64,000 nucleotides of DNA from Chrysemys picta bellii (lineage: Eukaryota), in NCBI RefSeq assembly GCF_011386835.1, contig NC_088797.1, positions 32,488,001-32,552,000 on the forward strand, read 5' to 3'. A program made the position numbers and the translations under genes. Below are positions 25,430 through 48,160 of the stretch, piece by piece. Each line of letters opens with the position of its first letter. The stretch's first letter is position 1. The notes under the pieces were generated by a model that searched no databases, was not told where the DNA came from, and worked only from the letters and a program-made list of their open reading frames with translations.

Positions 25430-25624
25430 CGGAAATAGCCGAAAGGGTGTGGAGTTCCGAAACTGAAGATGCGAAACGCCCGAGAGTTTCCGAATCTAAG
25501 GCGGAGTTACCCGAAGTTGTACGAGCGCTTCCGGCGCGAAGGCGGAAATAGCCGAACCAAACAGCTGCTGTGGCGGAAGGCGGAAATGCCCGAGTGGTGG
25601 CGGAAAGACCCGATCGCTGCCAAG
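25430..25624 (+). promoter_or_regulatory. ZNHIT2 CpG promoter with repeated CGGA-N5-CCGA motifs
   Basis: Five copies at 25430, 25502, 25543, 25581 and 25601, most with an ETS-like CGGAAA core. Confidence 0.6.
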
Positions 25625-26887
25625 ATGGAGGCGGCCGAGCCCTGCGGCCTGTGCCTGCAGGAGCGGGCCCCCTACACATGCCCCCGCTGTAACATGCGTT
25701 TCTGTTCGGTGCCGTGTTACCGGCGTCACGGGGCCTGCGCCGAGGCTTTCCACCGCCGGCAGCTGCTGCTCCGGCTCCAGGGCCAGCGGGGGGACCCGGC
25801 CTCCCGAACCCGCCTGAAAGAGGCGCTGCTCCGGCTGCGGGAGCTACGCGAGCTCGAGGACGCGGAGCCCCAGCTAGGCCGCGACCTGGAGGACCAGGAC
25901 GACGGTCTGTGGGAGCGGCTCAGTCCGGCCGAAAAGGCCGCCTTTCAGCGCCTGCTGAGCAGCGGGGAGATTGGAACCTTCCTGCCCCCCTGGAGGCCCT
26001 GGTGGCGGGGATGGGGCCGGGGGCTGGTCCAGGAGCTGGCGGGTACTGAGGGTGCCCAGGAAGCTGGGGATACCCAGCCCCCTGCAGGCACCCAGAAGCC
26101 AGAGAAGAAGATCCCAGACTCAGCACCTATCCACCAGCCACCGGTACCCCAAGGTTCTTACCCCCCCACGGGCACCCGGCAGCCAGAGGAGAGCTCAGGC
26201 ATGGCACCCACCCAGCAGCCTGAAGAAATGCCCAGCCCAGTGCCTGCTGTGCCTGCATCCATTCCACCACTGAGCTCCCTGACCTGCAGCCCAGCCTCAC
26301 CCCTGGTGTGCTTCCAGCTGCCTAATGTCCTCTATGCCTACGTCTTCGCCCTCACCCTCTACAATGGGGACTTGAGTGAAGATGAGCTGCTGCCTGAGTT
26401 CTCTGACATGGTCCTGGGTGTCTGCGGGGCATTGGGTGCCAGGCAGGTCTTCCACTCCACAGCAGAGGCGCTGCAGGCTGCTCTCCAGGCAGTGACAGCC
26501 AGACGGTACCCCGCGTGCCCCTTGGGGAATGCAGGTGCTATGATGGCAGTGGCCCAGATCCTGATGGGGGAGAATCAAAGCAAGCAGAAAGGCTACAGCT
26601 TGGCAGCCCTCTCCCATCTTGCCAGGCTGCTGGGCAAGGCTAAGAAACTGGTGCCCACAGAGGAACGGCCCAGGGTGTATGGTGCCAAGAAGAAGTGTGA
26701 ATTTCTGCTCTCCTGGGTCAATGAGAACCAGGAATCTTTGACTGTCTTGGCCCTAGAGGTACAAAGGGAATATAAAACCCATTTGGAGGCAGTCAAAGAG
26801 GTGGATGTAGTTACCAAAGAACTGCAGAAGATGTGGGGTGGGAAACTGCCCCCTGCAAAAAAGCCATTGATCGAGGAGTTGGACTGA
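25625..26887 (+). CDS. ZNHIT2: Zinc finger HIT-type containing 2, single exon (open frame extends upstream to an ATG at 25469)
   Basis: zf-HIT CGLC...YTCPRCNMRFCSVPCYRRHGAC; SPLVCFQLPNVLYAY; AKKKCEFLLSW; C-terminal KKPLIEELD*; intronless and next to FAU as in human; AATAAA at 27079. Confidence 0.95.
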   Translation: MEAAEPCGLCLQERAPYTCPRCNMRFCSVPCYRRHGACAEAFHRRQLLLRLQGQRGDPASRTRLKEALLRLRELRELEDAEPQLGRDLEDQDDGLWERLSPAEKAAFQRLLSSGEIGTFLPPWRPWWRGWGRGLVQELAGTEGAQEAGDTQPPAGTQKPEKKIPDSAPIHQPPVPQGSYPPTGTRQPEESSGMAPTQQPEEMPSPVPAVPASIPPLSSLTCSPASPLVCFQLPNVLYAYVFALTLYNGDLSEDELLPEFSDMVLGVCGALGARQVFHSTAEALQAALQAVTARRYPACPLGNAGAMMAVAQILMGENQSKQKGYSLAALSHLARLLGKAKKLVPTEERPRVYGAKKKCEFLLSWVNENQESLTVLALEVQREYKTHLEAVKEVDVVTKELQKMWGGKLPPAKKPLIEELD

Positions 26888-29800
26888 TGGCTGGAACTTA
26901 GTCACCCCTAAAACCATCCACACTTAAAACATTGGGGGATTTTAGTAGACTGGATTATTTTTTTAAGTGGGGGAAAAGTGAATGAACCCTCTCTTGGTCA
27001 ATAGCTATTTTGGATAAATCCACCACACTGAGTCTTGGCATAAATGTTGATTTGGTTTCTAGGGAGTTGACCTGTTGCAATAAAAAGAGCAAAACACCTG
27101 GCTGTGTACATTCCTGTCTTCCATTCAGCGGGACCCTTGGTGTGTTCCATGCACTTAAAGCATTTGCTGTCACTTTGGTGGTTTCAAAGTTGGTGTGTTT
27201 TCCACTGGTGCTGCAGAAACGGCTAGCTGGTCACACCATGAGACTCTTATGTGTTTTGTATCCCACTATATACAGATTTTTGCAGAAATCATCAATAAAA
27301 GGACAGCTAGACACCCTCATAGCTAGAGTTGCTGTAAACTAGAAAACGAGCATTTTAAGGACAAACATACTTTGCATTCTTACAGCTGTTATAAACCACT
27401 GTCAAATTAACAGCAGTAACAGAACATGAAAAGTCCTTGCTTTCCTATGCATTAATATGGGAGATGTATTCCCCCAAGTCCCAATCTGCATCATTAGACT
27501 GGAGCTTCAGCTGGAAATAACTAAAAAGACAGCTCCTGTTGAGAGACAGAGAGAGGCCAGACCCATTCACAGCTCAGGAGAGAGTGAGAGACAGTGGCAG
27601 GAGAGAGAATGAGTATCAGATATTTTTAAAATCTGATATTTTAATGTATGTAGTCTTATCTAGTTAATGTTTATTTAGCTCTCTAAACTATTCTAACTGA
27701 TCACTGTGGTAGGAATGTAAGAATAGCTGGCCTGGATGAGACCCATGGTCCATCTAGTTCAGTATCCTATCTGTGACTGGCCTGCCCCAAATGCTTCAGA
27801 GGAAGGTGTAAGAACCCCACAGTAGGCAGATCTAGTGTAATCTGCTCCTGCAGCTCTGTAGGAGTTAGATTGGCATTAAGACCTGAATAGCAAGGTTTAA
27901 TATTCCTTCCATAATGTTGTTTTGAATTATGTCAACTGGATATTCTTGATATCCATATAAATAGTTTATTCCTTTTTGAATCTTGCTGAATTCTTCACCT
28001 CAATGACTTCCTGTGGCAATGACTTCCACAGTCTAACAATATGTTGTCTGCAAAAGGTGTGTTTTGTTTTATCAGTGCACAGAATGCAAAGCACAGGGAT
28101 TCTGATTAAGGGTTTGCAGGATTGTTGGAAAATAGGCCCATTTCCAAATGGTCCTAGGGTGTCACCAGTGAATTTTGTGTGTCTCAAGGAGAGGGGTGTT
28201 GTCCCCTAAATATTTTTGGAAAGCTACTGATGTCCCTGAATCCCATTGGCTTGGTGTGATTAGTTAGAGTTCTAACACCTTAGTCTTACACTCTGTCCTA
28301 TGGGGCCAGTGATGAGTGTCAGGCTTCATAGAATGATACCCGAAGGTTTCAGTGTGAGAAAGCTTGAACTTGTAGCCCTTGCGGGCATGCAGCACAGCCC
28401 GTCTGTTCTTTTGCTTGGGACTGAGAGCCAGCTATGGATTGAGAATAATGGGGCATTTTATTTGCAGTGGGTTGGTTGAGTGAGGGAGGGAGAATTGGTG
28501 GGGAAGGGAGAAGTCATGGAAGGTCTGGGGCTCAATCCAATAGAATCTGTATGAATTTAAAATAATACCTAGCTCTTATACTGGTATCCCATTGACCGCA
28601 ACCCATCTCCTACCTCAAATTCTTTTGCCAAGCCAAAGAAGGGTTAGGGTGTAAGCTTCAAACTAGCATTAACTTATCCTGGGTGGAGTGTGGCCCTGTG
28701 ACCTGAGAACTCCATTTGGTTTGGGCACTAGCCTGTGACTCAGGAGACCTGGGTTCAACCCCCTGGTCTAACAGACTTCCTATGTGACCTTGGGCAAGTC
28801 ACTTAGCCTTTGTGCCTCAGTTTCCTCATAAGTAAAATAGGGATAATAGCACTGCCCTACCACATAGTGATGTTATGAGGATAAATACACTAAAGGTTGT
28901 AAGGTCCTTGGATAGACCACTACATCTACACTGTTATAAAAGATCTGTGGCACAGCTGCAGCTGGCCCAGGTCACCTGATTTGGAGTGGGGCTGTAGAGC
29001 TATAAAATTGCAGGGCAGATGTTCAGGCTAGGGCTGGAGCCTGTGCTCAGAGACCCTCCCCACTCACTAGGATCTCAGTGCCCAGGCTCCAGCCCAAGAG
29101 TCTACACGTAACTTTATTGCCCCGCAGCATAAGCGCTATGAATCAGTCAGCTGACCTAAGACACCGTGCCATGTTTTTTTTTTTTTTTTTAAATCACAGT
29201 GTAGCTGTACCTTAAGATACACAGAGGCACAAGGAGGGAAATGAGTCACTGAGGGTCATCCAGCAGGCCAGTGGCAGAGCTGGGAATAGAACCCCAATCT
29301 GCTGGGTACCAGTGCTCTAGCCTCTAAGCCACATGACCATAAACACCTAATCCTTGGCTATGGGCCCTCAGGGAATCAAAGTAACGTGTTCCATGCAGAT
29401 ACTGTTCTGTATCAGTCTGCAGAGTTTTTCTGACTGCTGCTGGCCCTGCCCTGGTTTCAGAGCCTGCAGCCTTTCTGAATGTCCCATACCCCACAAGCAC
29501 TTTGTGCAGTTGAAACTACACTATAGATATGCCCTTTTATGTTGGTACACAATTGAGCTCTGTGGGACTGTCATGGACCTAAGGCCTGAAGGGACCATTG
29601 TAATCATCCAGTCTGATTTTTCCCCACCCCCCACAGACAGGCTATAGAATTTTCCCCAGAAACTGGATTAAAACATGTGGTTTGGAAAGAGATCTAGTTT
29701 TGCTTTAAAGACTCCAGGTGGTGGCCAGACCACGCTCCCCTGGTGAGCTGTTCCAGTGTTTACTAACCCTCCCTGCTAGGAAATTGATTTATTTCAAGAT

Positions 29801-30742
29801 TACATTTGTCTAACTTCAACTTCCAGCCTTATGCCTTCCTCTGCTAGACTGAAAAGCCCTATCAGATATTCAAACAGCCCCAGGTACAGAAAAGAGCTCC
29901 TAGGCTGATGAATGGAGTGGCGAGGTGACCTTAGGAAAGGAGACTGAAAGAGCTGGGGTTGTTTAGCCTGGCCCTTAAAAGGTGAGGGGATTTAATCACT
30001 CTCTATAAATACACAAAAGGGGTAAATCCTGGGAGGGAGAAGAGCTACTGAAGCTAAAAGGACAATGTTGGCACAAGAACAAATAGGGATAAGATGTCCA
30101 GGAATCAACTGAAGCTGGAAATGAGAAGAAGGTTTCTACTCATCTGGGGAGGGAGGTTCTGGAGCAGACTCCCCCTAAAAAGGAGTATTGCCTATTTGGT
30201 TGATTGTTTCCTGTATTTCAGATCTGACACTTGCTCATCTAGCCCTCAAAAGCATCGCAAACAATTGACTTTGAACACAGATGGGGACTGCATTTAATAT
30301 ATTTTTAATAAAAATCATTGTCACATCAGTGCATTGTCCAAAACCACACTCCAGCACTCCCCAACAGGGGAATTTCCCCAGTCCTTAAAATTAATCAGTC
30401 CCTTACAAACACACCAATCCAAACTTGTATTCCACTTCAAGCCAAAACAGACTCCCAGCTGTGACACTCTCTCTTTGGGGCTGGTCTTCTTTTTGGTTTT
30501 CGCTCAAGGTTTAACTCAAGTTTTGCTCCTAACCTGACTCTTGTCCACACAGAAATCTCTAACATGAGTTAAGTAGTGCTTTAAAATCAAGCTAGCTGGT
30601 TTGCAAGGGGATGGAGGTTGAAGCTGGAGGGCTGCTGCCACTCAAGCTAGTCATGCAGCAGCTTGAGTTACAGCAGCACATCAACTGCTAATCCAATCAT
30701 TCTGTACAGTTCCAGTATTGTTTCATGGTGCAGTTGCTCTCA

Positions 30743-31961
30743 GCGTATGTCTACACTGCTTTCCGAGGCATGACTGCAGCCTGGGGGGGGGGGGGGGGGG
30801 GGGTGGAAGGCGCGCGGAGGCGACATACCTGCACTAGCTTTACTCTAGCTAGCATGGCTAAAAACAGTGAAGGTGCAGCAGCACATGCTGTACAAGCCTG
30901 TGCGATCCACACTACTATTTTTAGCCATGCTAGCTAGAGCAGGGGTAGGCAACCTTTCAGAAGTGTTGTGCCGAGTTTTCATTTATTCTCTTTAATTTAA
31001 GGTTTCGCGTGCCAGTAATACAGGTTAACGTTTTTTAGAAAGTCTCTCTCTATAAGTCTATATTATATAACTATTGTATGTAAAGTAAACAAGGTTCTCA
31101 AAATGTTTAAGCAGCTTCATTTAAAATGAAATTAAAATGCTGATCTTACGCCGCCAGCCTGCTCAGCCCGCTGCCAGCCTGGGGTTCTGTTCACCTAGGC
31201 CTGCAGTGGGCTGAGCAGGGCGACTCGAGGTCAAGGGTGTGTGTGAAGGTGCAGGGCAGAAGGCTGGGTGTTGGGGGAAGGTCAGGGCAGAGGGCTGGAG
31301 GGTGTGTGTGCGGGGTGCAGGGCAGAGGGCTGGGGTGCTCGGCTCATGGGGGTGCTCCCAGCCCCCTGCCCTGAGTGGCTCATGGCAGGGGGCTGGGAGG
31401 GATATGCCCTGTTCCACCCCCTTCCCCAAGGCCCGTCCCTACCTCTCTCTGCCTGCTCTACGGAGCTGTGTGCAGGCTGCCGCTCTTCCCCCTCCCCCTC
31501 GCAAGGGCCATCACGGGCAGGGAGAGGGAGGAGGAGGGGCGGAGAGGCTGGAAAGTGAGCTGGGGAGAGGGGAAGCTTGGCTGCGGCAGGACCAAGCTTC
31601 TGCCTCCTGCCCCCACAGGGGAGAGCGGTGGGCAGGGGGCCTGAGTGGGGCAGGGGGCTGGGACCCTCCTCCCCCCCCCCCCCAACTGCTCTCCCCTGCC
31701 GGGGCAGGAGGCAGAAGCTTGGTCCTGCCCCAGCCAAGCTTCTCCCCTCCCCAGCTTCTTCCCCCAGCGTGGCACTTTCCAGCCTCTCCGCCCCTCCTCC
31801 TCCTCCTCTCACCAGGCAGGCAGCGTGCCATTCAGAATCGGCTCGCGTGCCATGTTTGGCCCGTGTGCCATAGGTTGCTGACCCCTGAGCTAGAGTAAAG
31901 TTAATGTGGCTATGCCAGTCTAGGCTGCACTCATACGTCCGCTTGCAGTGTAGACATACTC
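30743..31961. mobile_element. Harbinger-type MITE carrying a nested hAT MITE
   Basis: TIR G(C/A)GTATGTCTACACTGC at both ends. Confidence 0.75.
30940..31887. mobile_element. hAT-type MITE nested in the Harbinger MITE
   Basis: Termini CAGGGGTAGGCAACC / GGTTGCTGACCCCTG; perfect 8-bp TSD AGCTAGAG (30932-39, 31888-95). Confidence 0.88.
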
Positions 31962-32340
31962 TAGCCGAGTTCAAGTGAGAGTAACTCCAGTGTACTCATT
32001 TGAGCTAACTGTTGCAGTGAAGACAAACCCTCCATCTCATCATGACCCATGCATCTGTCGGGCAGACCTTTCTGCTGTGGGCTTGCACCTCCTTACAGCA
32101 GCAGAGGAGAATTCAGGCACGCTCCATTCTCAGATGTCCAGGGTGAAGCCTGCAATGAGCTTGCAGCCAACTGTAGTGGTTGCGATCTTGTTAGACTCTT
32201 TCGTTAAAGCATTACCAATCATGCAGTAAGCTCCATTGTGGTCCCTCATGGAAGGCAATGCTTTAAGCTCGAGTGACGCACAGAGGAATGCAGCTCAGAC
32301 ATCTATTGCTGATATGAAAACATTGTGGGTTTTGTTATAC

Positions 32341-33055
32341 ACAAGAATGGCCATACTGAGTCAGACCAGAGGTCCATCTAGCCCAGTATTCTGTCTTCCA
32401 ACAGTGGCCAATGCCAAGTGCCCCAGAGGGAATAAACAGAACTGGTAATCATCAAATGATCAATCCCCTGTCGCCCATTCCCAGCTTCTGGCAAAGAGAG
32501 GCTAGGGACACCGTCCCTGGCCATCCTGGCTAATAGCCATTAATGGACCTATCCTCCAGGAACTTACCTAGTTCTTTTTTGAACCTGTTACAGTGTTACC
32601 TTTCACAACATCTTCTGTCAAGGAGTTCCACAGGTTGACTGTGTTGTGTGGAAAAAATACTTCCTTTTGTTTGTTTTAAACCTGCTGCCTATTAATTTCA
32701 TTTAGTGACCCCTAGTTCGTGTGTTATGAGAAGGAATAAATAACACTTCCTTATTCACTTTCTCCACACAAGTCATGATTTTATAGACCTCTATCATATC
32801 CCCCTTCGTGGGCTCTTTTCCAAGCTGAAAAGTCCCAGTTTTATTAATCTCTGCTCACATGGCAGCCATTCCATACCCTTAATCATTTTTGTTGCCTTTT
32901 CTGAACCTTTTCCAATTCCTATCTATCTTTTTTGAGATGAGGTGACCGCATCTGCACACAATATTCAAGAGGTGGATGTACCATGGATTTATCTAGAGGC
33001 AATATGATATTTCTTGTCTTATTATCTATCCCTTTCTTAATGATTCCCAACATTC
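32341..33055 (-). mobile_element. CR1 LINE 3' fragment
   Basis: Minus strand encodes [13 protein letters not shown]...HPPLEYCVQMRSPHLKKD (CR1 RT C-terminus); same family as 53742..57310. Confidence 0.88.
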
Positions 33056-33388
33056 TGCACCCCAAACCCCTCATCCCCAGCTCCACCCCAGAACCTGAAC
33101 CCCCGGCCGGAGCCCTCACCCCGTGTCCCAATTCCCTGCCCCAGCCTGGAGTCCCCTCCCACACTCCAAATCTCTCTGTCCCAACCTGAAACACCCTCCT
33201 ACACTCCAAACCCCTCATCCCCAGCCCCACCCCAGAGCCCGCACCTCCATCTGGAGCCCTCTGGGGATGACAACGTGCCCCAGTGGGGAGGACAGAGGCT
33301 AGCGCCCTGCCAGCCTATGGAGCAGTGGTGGGCAGATGTGAGCTGTCATGCCTGGGTCTGCATGGGGCATGGTGTGCTGGGCCACATC

Positions 33389-45105
<11,717 letters not shown>

Positions 45106-45320
45106 CCTCGTGCTCCAGCCTTCTCTGCCGAGACACAAAGCTCTTCCCACAGGAAGCCTCTCTAACCACAGACACTTCCTCCTTCAGGAGAGGCTCTTGT
45201 GGATCCCGGACCTTTGGGACAGAACATGGGTCATTAGAGCCTGCCACTTTCAGCTGACAGTAGTTGCGGTGGAAGGGTCAGAGACAGCCTGCTCTGATCT
45301 GGGTTGGGTGTTTAGCCTAT

Positions 45321-45695
45321 GGCCATGTCTATACTACACAATTATGTCTACCTAACTTACATCTGCATAAGCCACCACAGGTATTAAATCACTTGTGTCG
45401 GCAGTATGCGTCCTCACCAGGACGCGTGTATCGATCGTACTGTCAGTGAGGAGCATTGTGGGACGGCTCCTGAAAGCCAGTCACAATCAATGAAAGCAAT
45501 GCAGGGTCCGCACGGACACTGCATCAATCTAATTACATCGACCTTGGCTCTCCACCGCTTGGGGAGGTGGTGTTACTAAAGCGCCGCAGAGAGGAACTTA
45601 CGTCAGTGGGAGCCAAACGTAAATGAAGAGATTTCCACAGCTAGGTCGACGCAAAGCATCTTACATCAACCTAACAGTGTAGTGTAGACCAGGCC
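45321..45695. mobile_element. Harbinger-type MITE
   Basis: Termini GGCCATGTCTATACTAC / GTAGTGTAGACCAGGCC; 3-bp TSD TAT; right end identical to that of Harbinger A. Confidence 0.85.
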
Positions 45696-46229
45696 TATGT
45701 TACGCTGCTGGGGCTGGAGTTGTCACAGGACTACAAAGAGGTGAACGGCGTCTGAGGTTTCCAGCCCGTGTATGCAGCGATCATGGGAAGGGAACAGGGC
45801 ATGAATGACTCATGTTGCTTAGCCTGGATTGTTTTTCTCTTGCTGGCAACCCACCCCTTGTCAGGACCAGGATGTGGGCAGTCTGCCCTAGAGGTTAGAC
45901 TTTGGAACAGGCTTGGAAGCCAGAGCCAAATGTCAGAGTCAGAAGCCACTACCCAGAGCCAATGGTCAGAGCTAGAATCTGAAGCCAATAATCAGAGCCA
46001 GGAGTCAGAAGCCAGGCAAGGATGCAGGGTCGGGTGGGCAGGAGGAGGACCAGAACAGGGCAGGAGCAAGCAGGCACAGGAGCAATTGCACCTATTAAAG
46101 CTCTGGGGGGCGCCTGCCCACATCTAAAGGCCCCTCACCCCAGCCTAAGAGGAGGAGCTACTAGACCCAGGTCTCAACTGAATTCAGGGGACCACAAATG
46201 AAAAAACAGGGATGAGAGTGAGGGTCACA

Positions 46230-46680
46230 GGGTCAACAGCAGGGATCCAGAGGGGAACACTAAGCAGAGAACCTTGGACAATGCCCACTGCTCCTCAAAG
46301 GTGTCCAGTGGATGTGGCCCAGAGGAACTCTGTCTGGAGATGTGACTTAATGGAGGATTGGAAATAGACCGCACACTCACAGAGCACCTCCCCGTCCACC
46401 TTCCTCCTCCTGGTATGGTGAACAGCCACCGTGGACAATGCCAGAAGGAGGTCAACGAGGAGGTCTTGCGACTTCATGGGGCCACGGATGGCCATAGATC
46501 CAGAGGTGTGGGGAAAAGTGCAGCCAGAACCTGAGGAGGAGGTTCCGGAGGAGCCGGAAAAGGGGCTGCAACCTGGTGCACTCGAAGAAGATGTGCACCA
46601 GGGTCTCCCTCTCGCCGCAGAAGGGGCAGGTGTCGGGGGAGGTGGTGAACCATGCCAGGTACATGCCCATGCTCACCGCT
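46230..46680 (-). mobile_element. Tx1/L1-clade LINE ORF2 3' fragment
   Basis: CPFCGERETLVHIFFECTRLQP (CCHC zinc knuckle after RT), followed by ...DLLVDLLLAL...FEEQWAL in shifted frames. Confidence 0.8.
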
Positions 46681-47915
46681 CCATGAAGGTGCCACCAACT
46701 AATATCCCCGGCGAGCTGTGCACAAGAGCAATTGCAGCTGCAGGTATAAGGGTTAAGCTGTGCTGCTGTTGAGCATAAATGCAGAGTTGTTGGCTTCTTT
46801 CAGACAATTGGATGGACTGGTCAATCAGGTGATTCTGCTGAAGCCCAGCTGGGCTCATTAACCTGTCCAAAGGCTAAACCCACTAGCCCCAGCCTCAGCT
46901 AGGGAACTCAGCCCCATGGTTCTTGACAGTCCCCTCCCGGTCATTCATATCTCCCACTCATTTTTCTTTTAATCTTACTGGTTGCTTCAGTAAAATCCAG
47001 TAGCATGGAGTTCCATAGGTTTAAGATAGGAGCAGCATCAAACCCTTGTGCGGTGATGGATGACAGATTATGACAATGGGAGTTAGGCACCTAAATACTG
47101 TTGAGGGTCTGGGCCTAAGCAACTTGCCCAAGGTCCCACAGGGAGTCTATGGCAGAGCAGGGCACTGAATGTGGGTCTATAGCTATGGGAAAGATGAGAT
47201 TGCTGGATCAGAGAAGACCTGGAAGTACTTCCAGCAATAGAGTTAAAGACAGAAAACAGCCCTGTCTGCTCTGGAGTTCTTAGTCATCTGGCAGAACATT
47301 TTTTTGTTTTTAAGTACGTTTGTAGAAAGGTCCAGGGCTGGGAGAGCAGGGAGGCTGCGTGTCAGGATTGAGAGGGAGGAACCCATAATGGGAACAGTAG
47401 GTTGGGTTGCAGGTCAGGACTGAGGGCCATTAGCAGAGCTGCGAGGGGGGTGCAGACACCAGGAATGGAATAGCAGGGGGCTGCAGGCCAGGACAGAGGG
47501 GCATTGGCAGAGCTGTGGGGGGGGGGAAAGGCCAGAACCGGAAAAGCAGGTGAGGCTGCAGGTTGATATGGAGAAGCACCAACAGAGCATGTGAGGGGAG
47601 TCCAGGATTGCAACGCAGGTTGGGATTAAGGGGCATCACTGCACAAAGGGGAAAGTTTGGGCGATGTGCAGCTCAGGCCTCCAAATTCACAAAAGGGGAA
47701 GAATTTCCAACTCTTCCAGAAACCCCCTTCCTGGCGGGGATCTCTCGGTTTCACAGGCTGTTACCGGTGGCTGTACAAGACCACGCTGCCTTGTCAGCCC
47801 TATGAAATGCTGCAGCACCGGTCACTTCTAACGCTCTGAGCAATGTTGAGCTGCGGCTTTGCCTGCTGCCCACCTCTGTGTGATTAACCGGTTCCCCCTT
47901 GCCGCACTGCCCTAC

Positions 47916-48160
47916 CTGACAGCCCGGTATCCGTCTCTCCAAAGCACACACAGCACGTACTAGCAGTGGCTCCACAATCCTCCCATCCATACGCTCCACC
48001 CCCTGTCCCTTTAACCCACAGCAGCTGTTGTCGCACCAGCTAATCGTAGCTCGTCCCCTCGTCCCAGCCTGTTACTATCACCAAACATCCAATCTGAGAG
48101 CAGGGAGTTTTGCCGAACGAGGGGCAAAGCCCGAGTTTCTGGCCTATCACGATGACTCTG
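47916..48160 (-). promoter_or_regulatory. Candidate TM7SF2 non-coding exon 1 and promoter
   Basis: Donor CAG|GTAGGG at 47916/47915; CCAAT at 48089; SRE-like ATCACCAAAC (48077) and ATCACGATGAC (48146); the first coding exon starts at an acceptor (45211), so an upstream exon is needed. Confidence 0.45.

Noticed and set aside
30367-30379. NF-kB-like GGGGAATTTCCCC (another at 42827..42838)
   Set aside because: No nearby TATA, C/EBP site or exon; treated as background.
31163-31974. Several long overlapping ORFs (up to 230 aa)
   Set aside because: GC-rich, stop-poor MITE with an internal inverted repeat; low-complexity translations.
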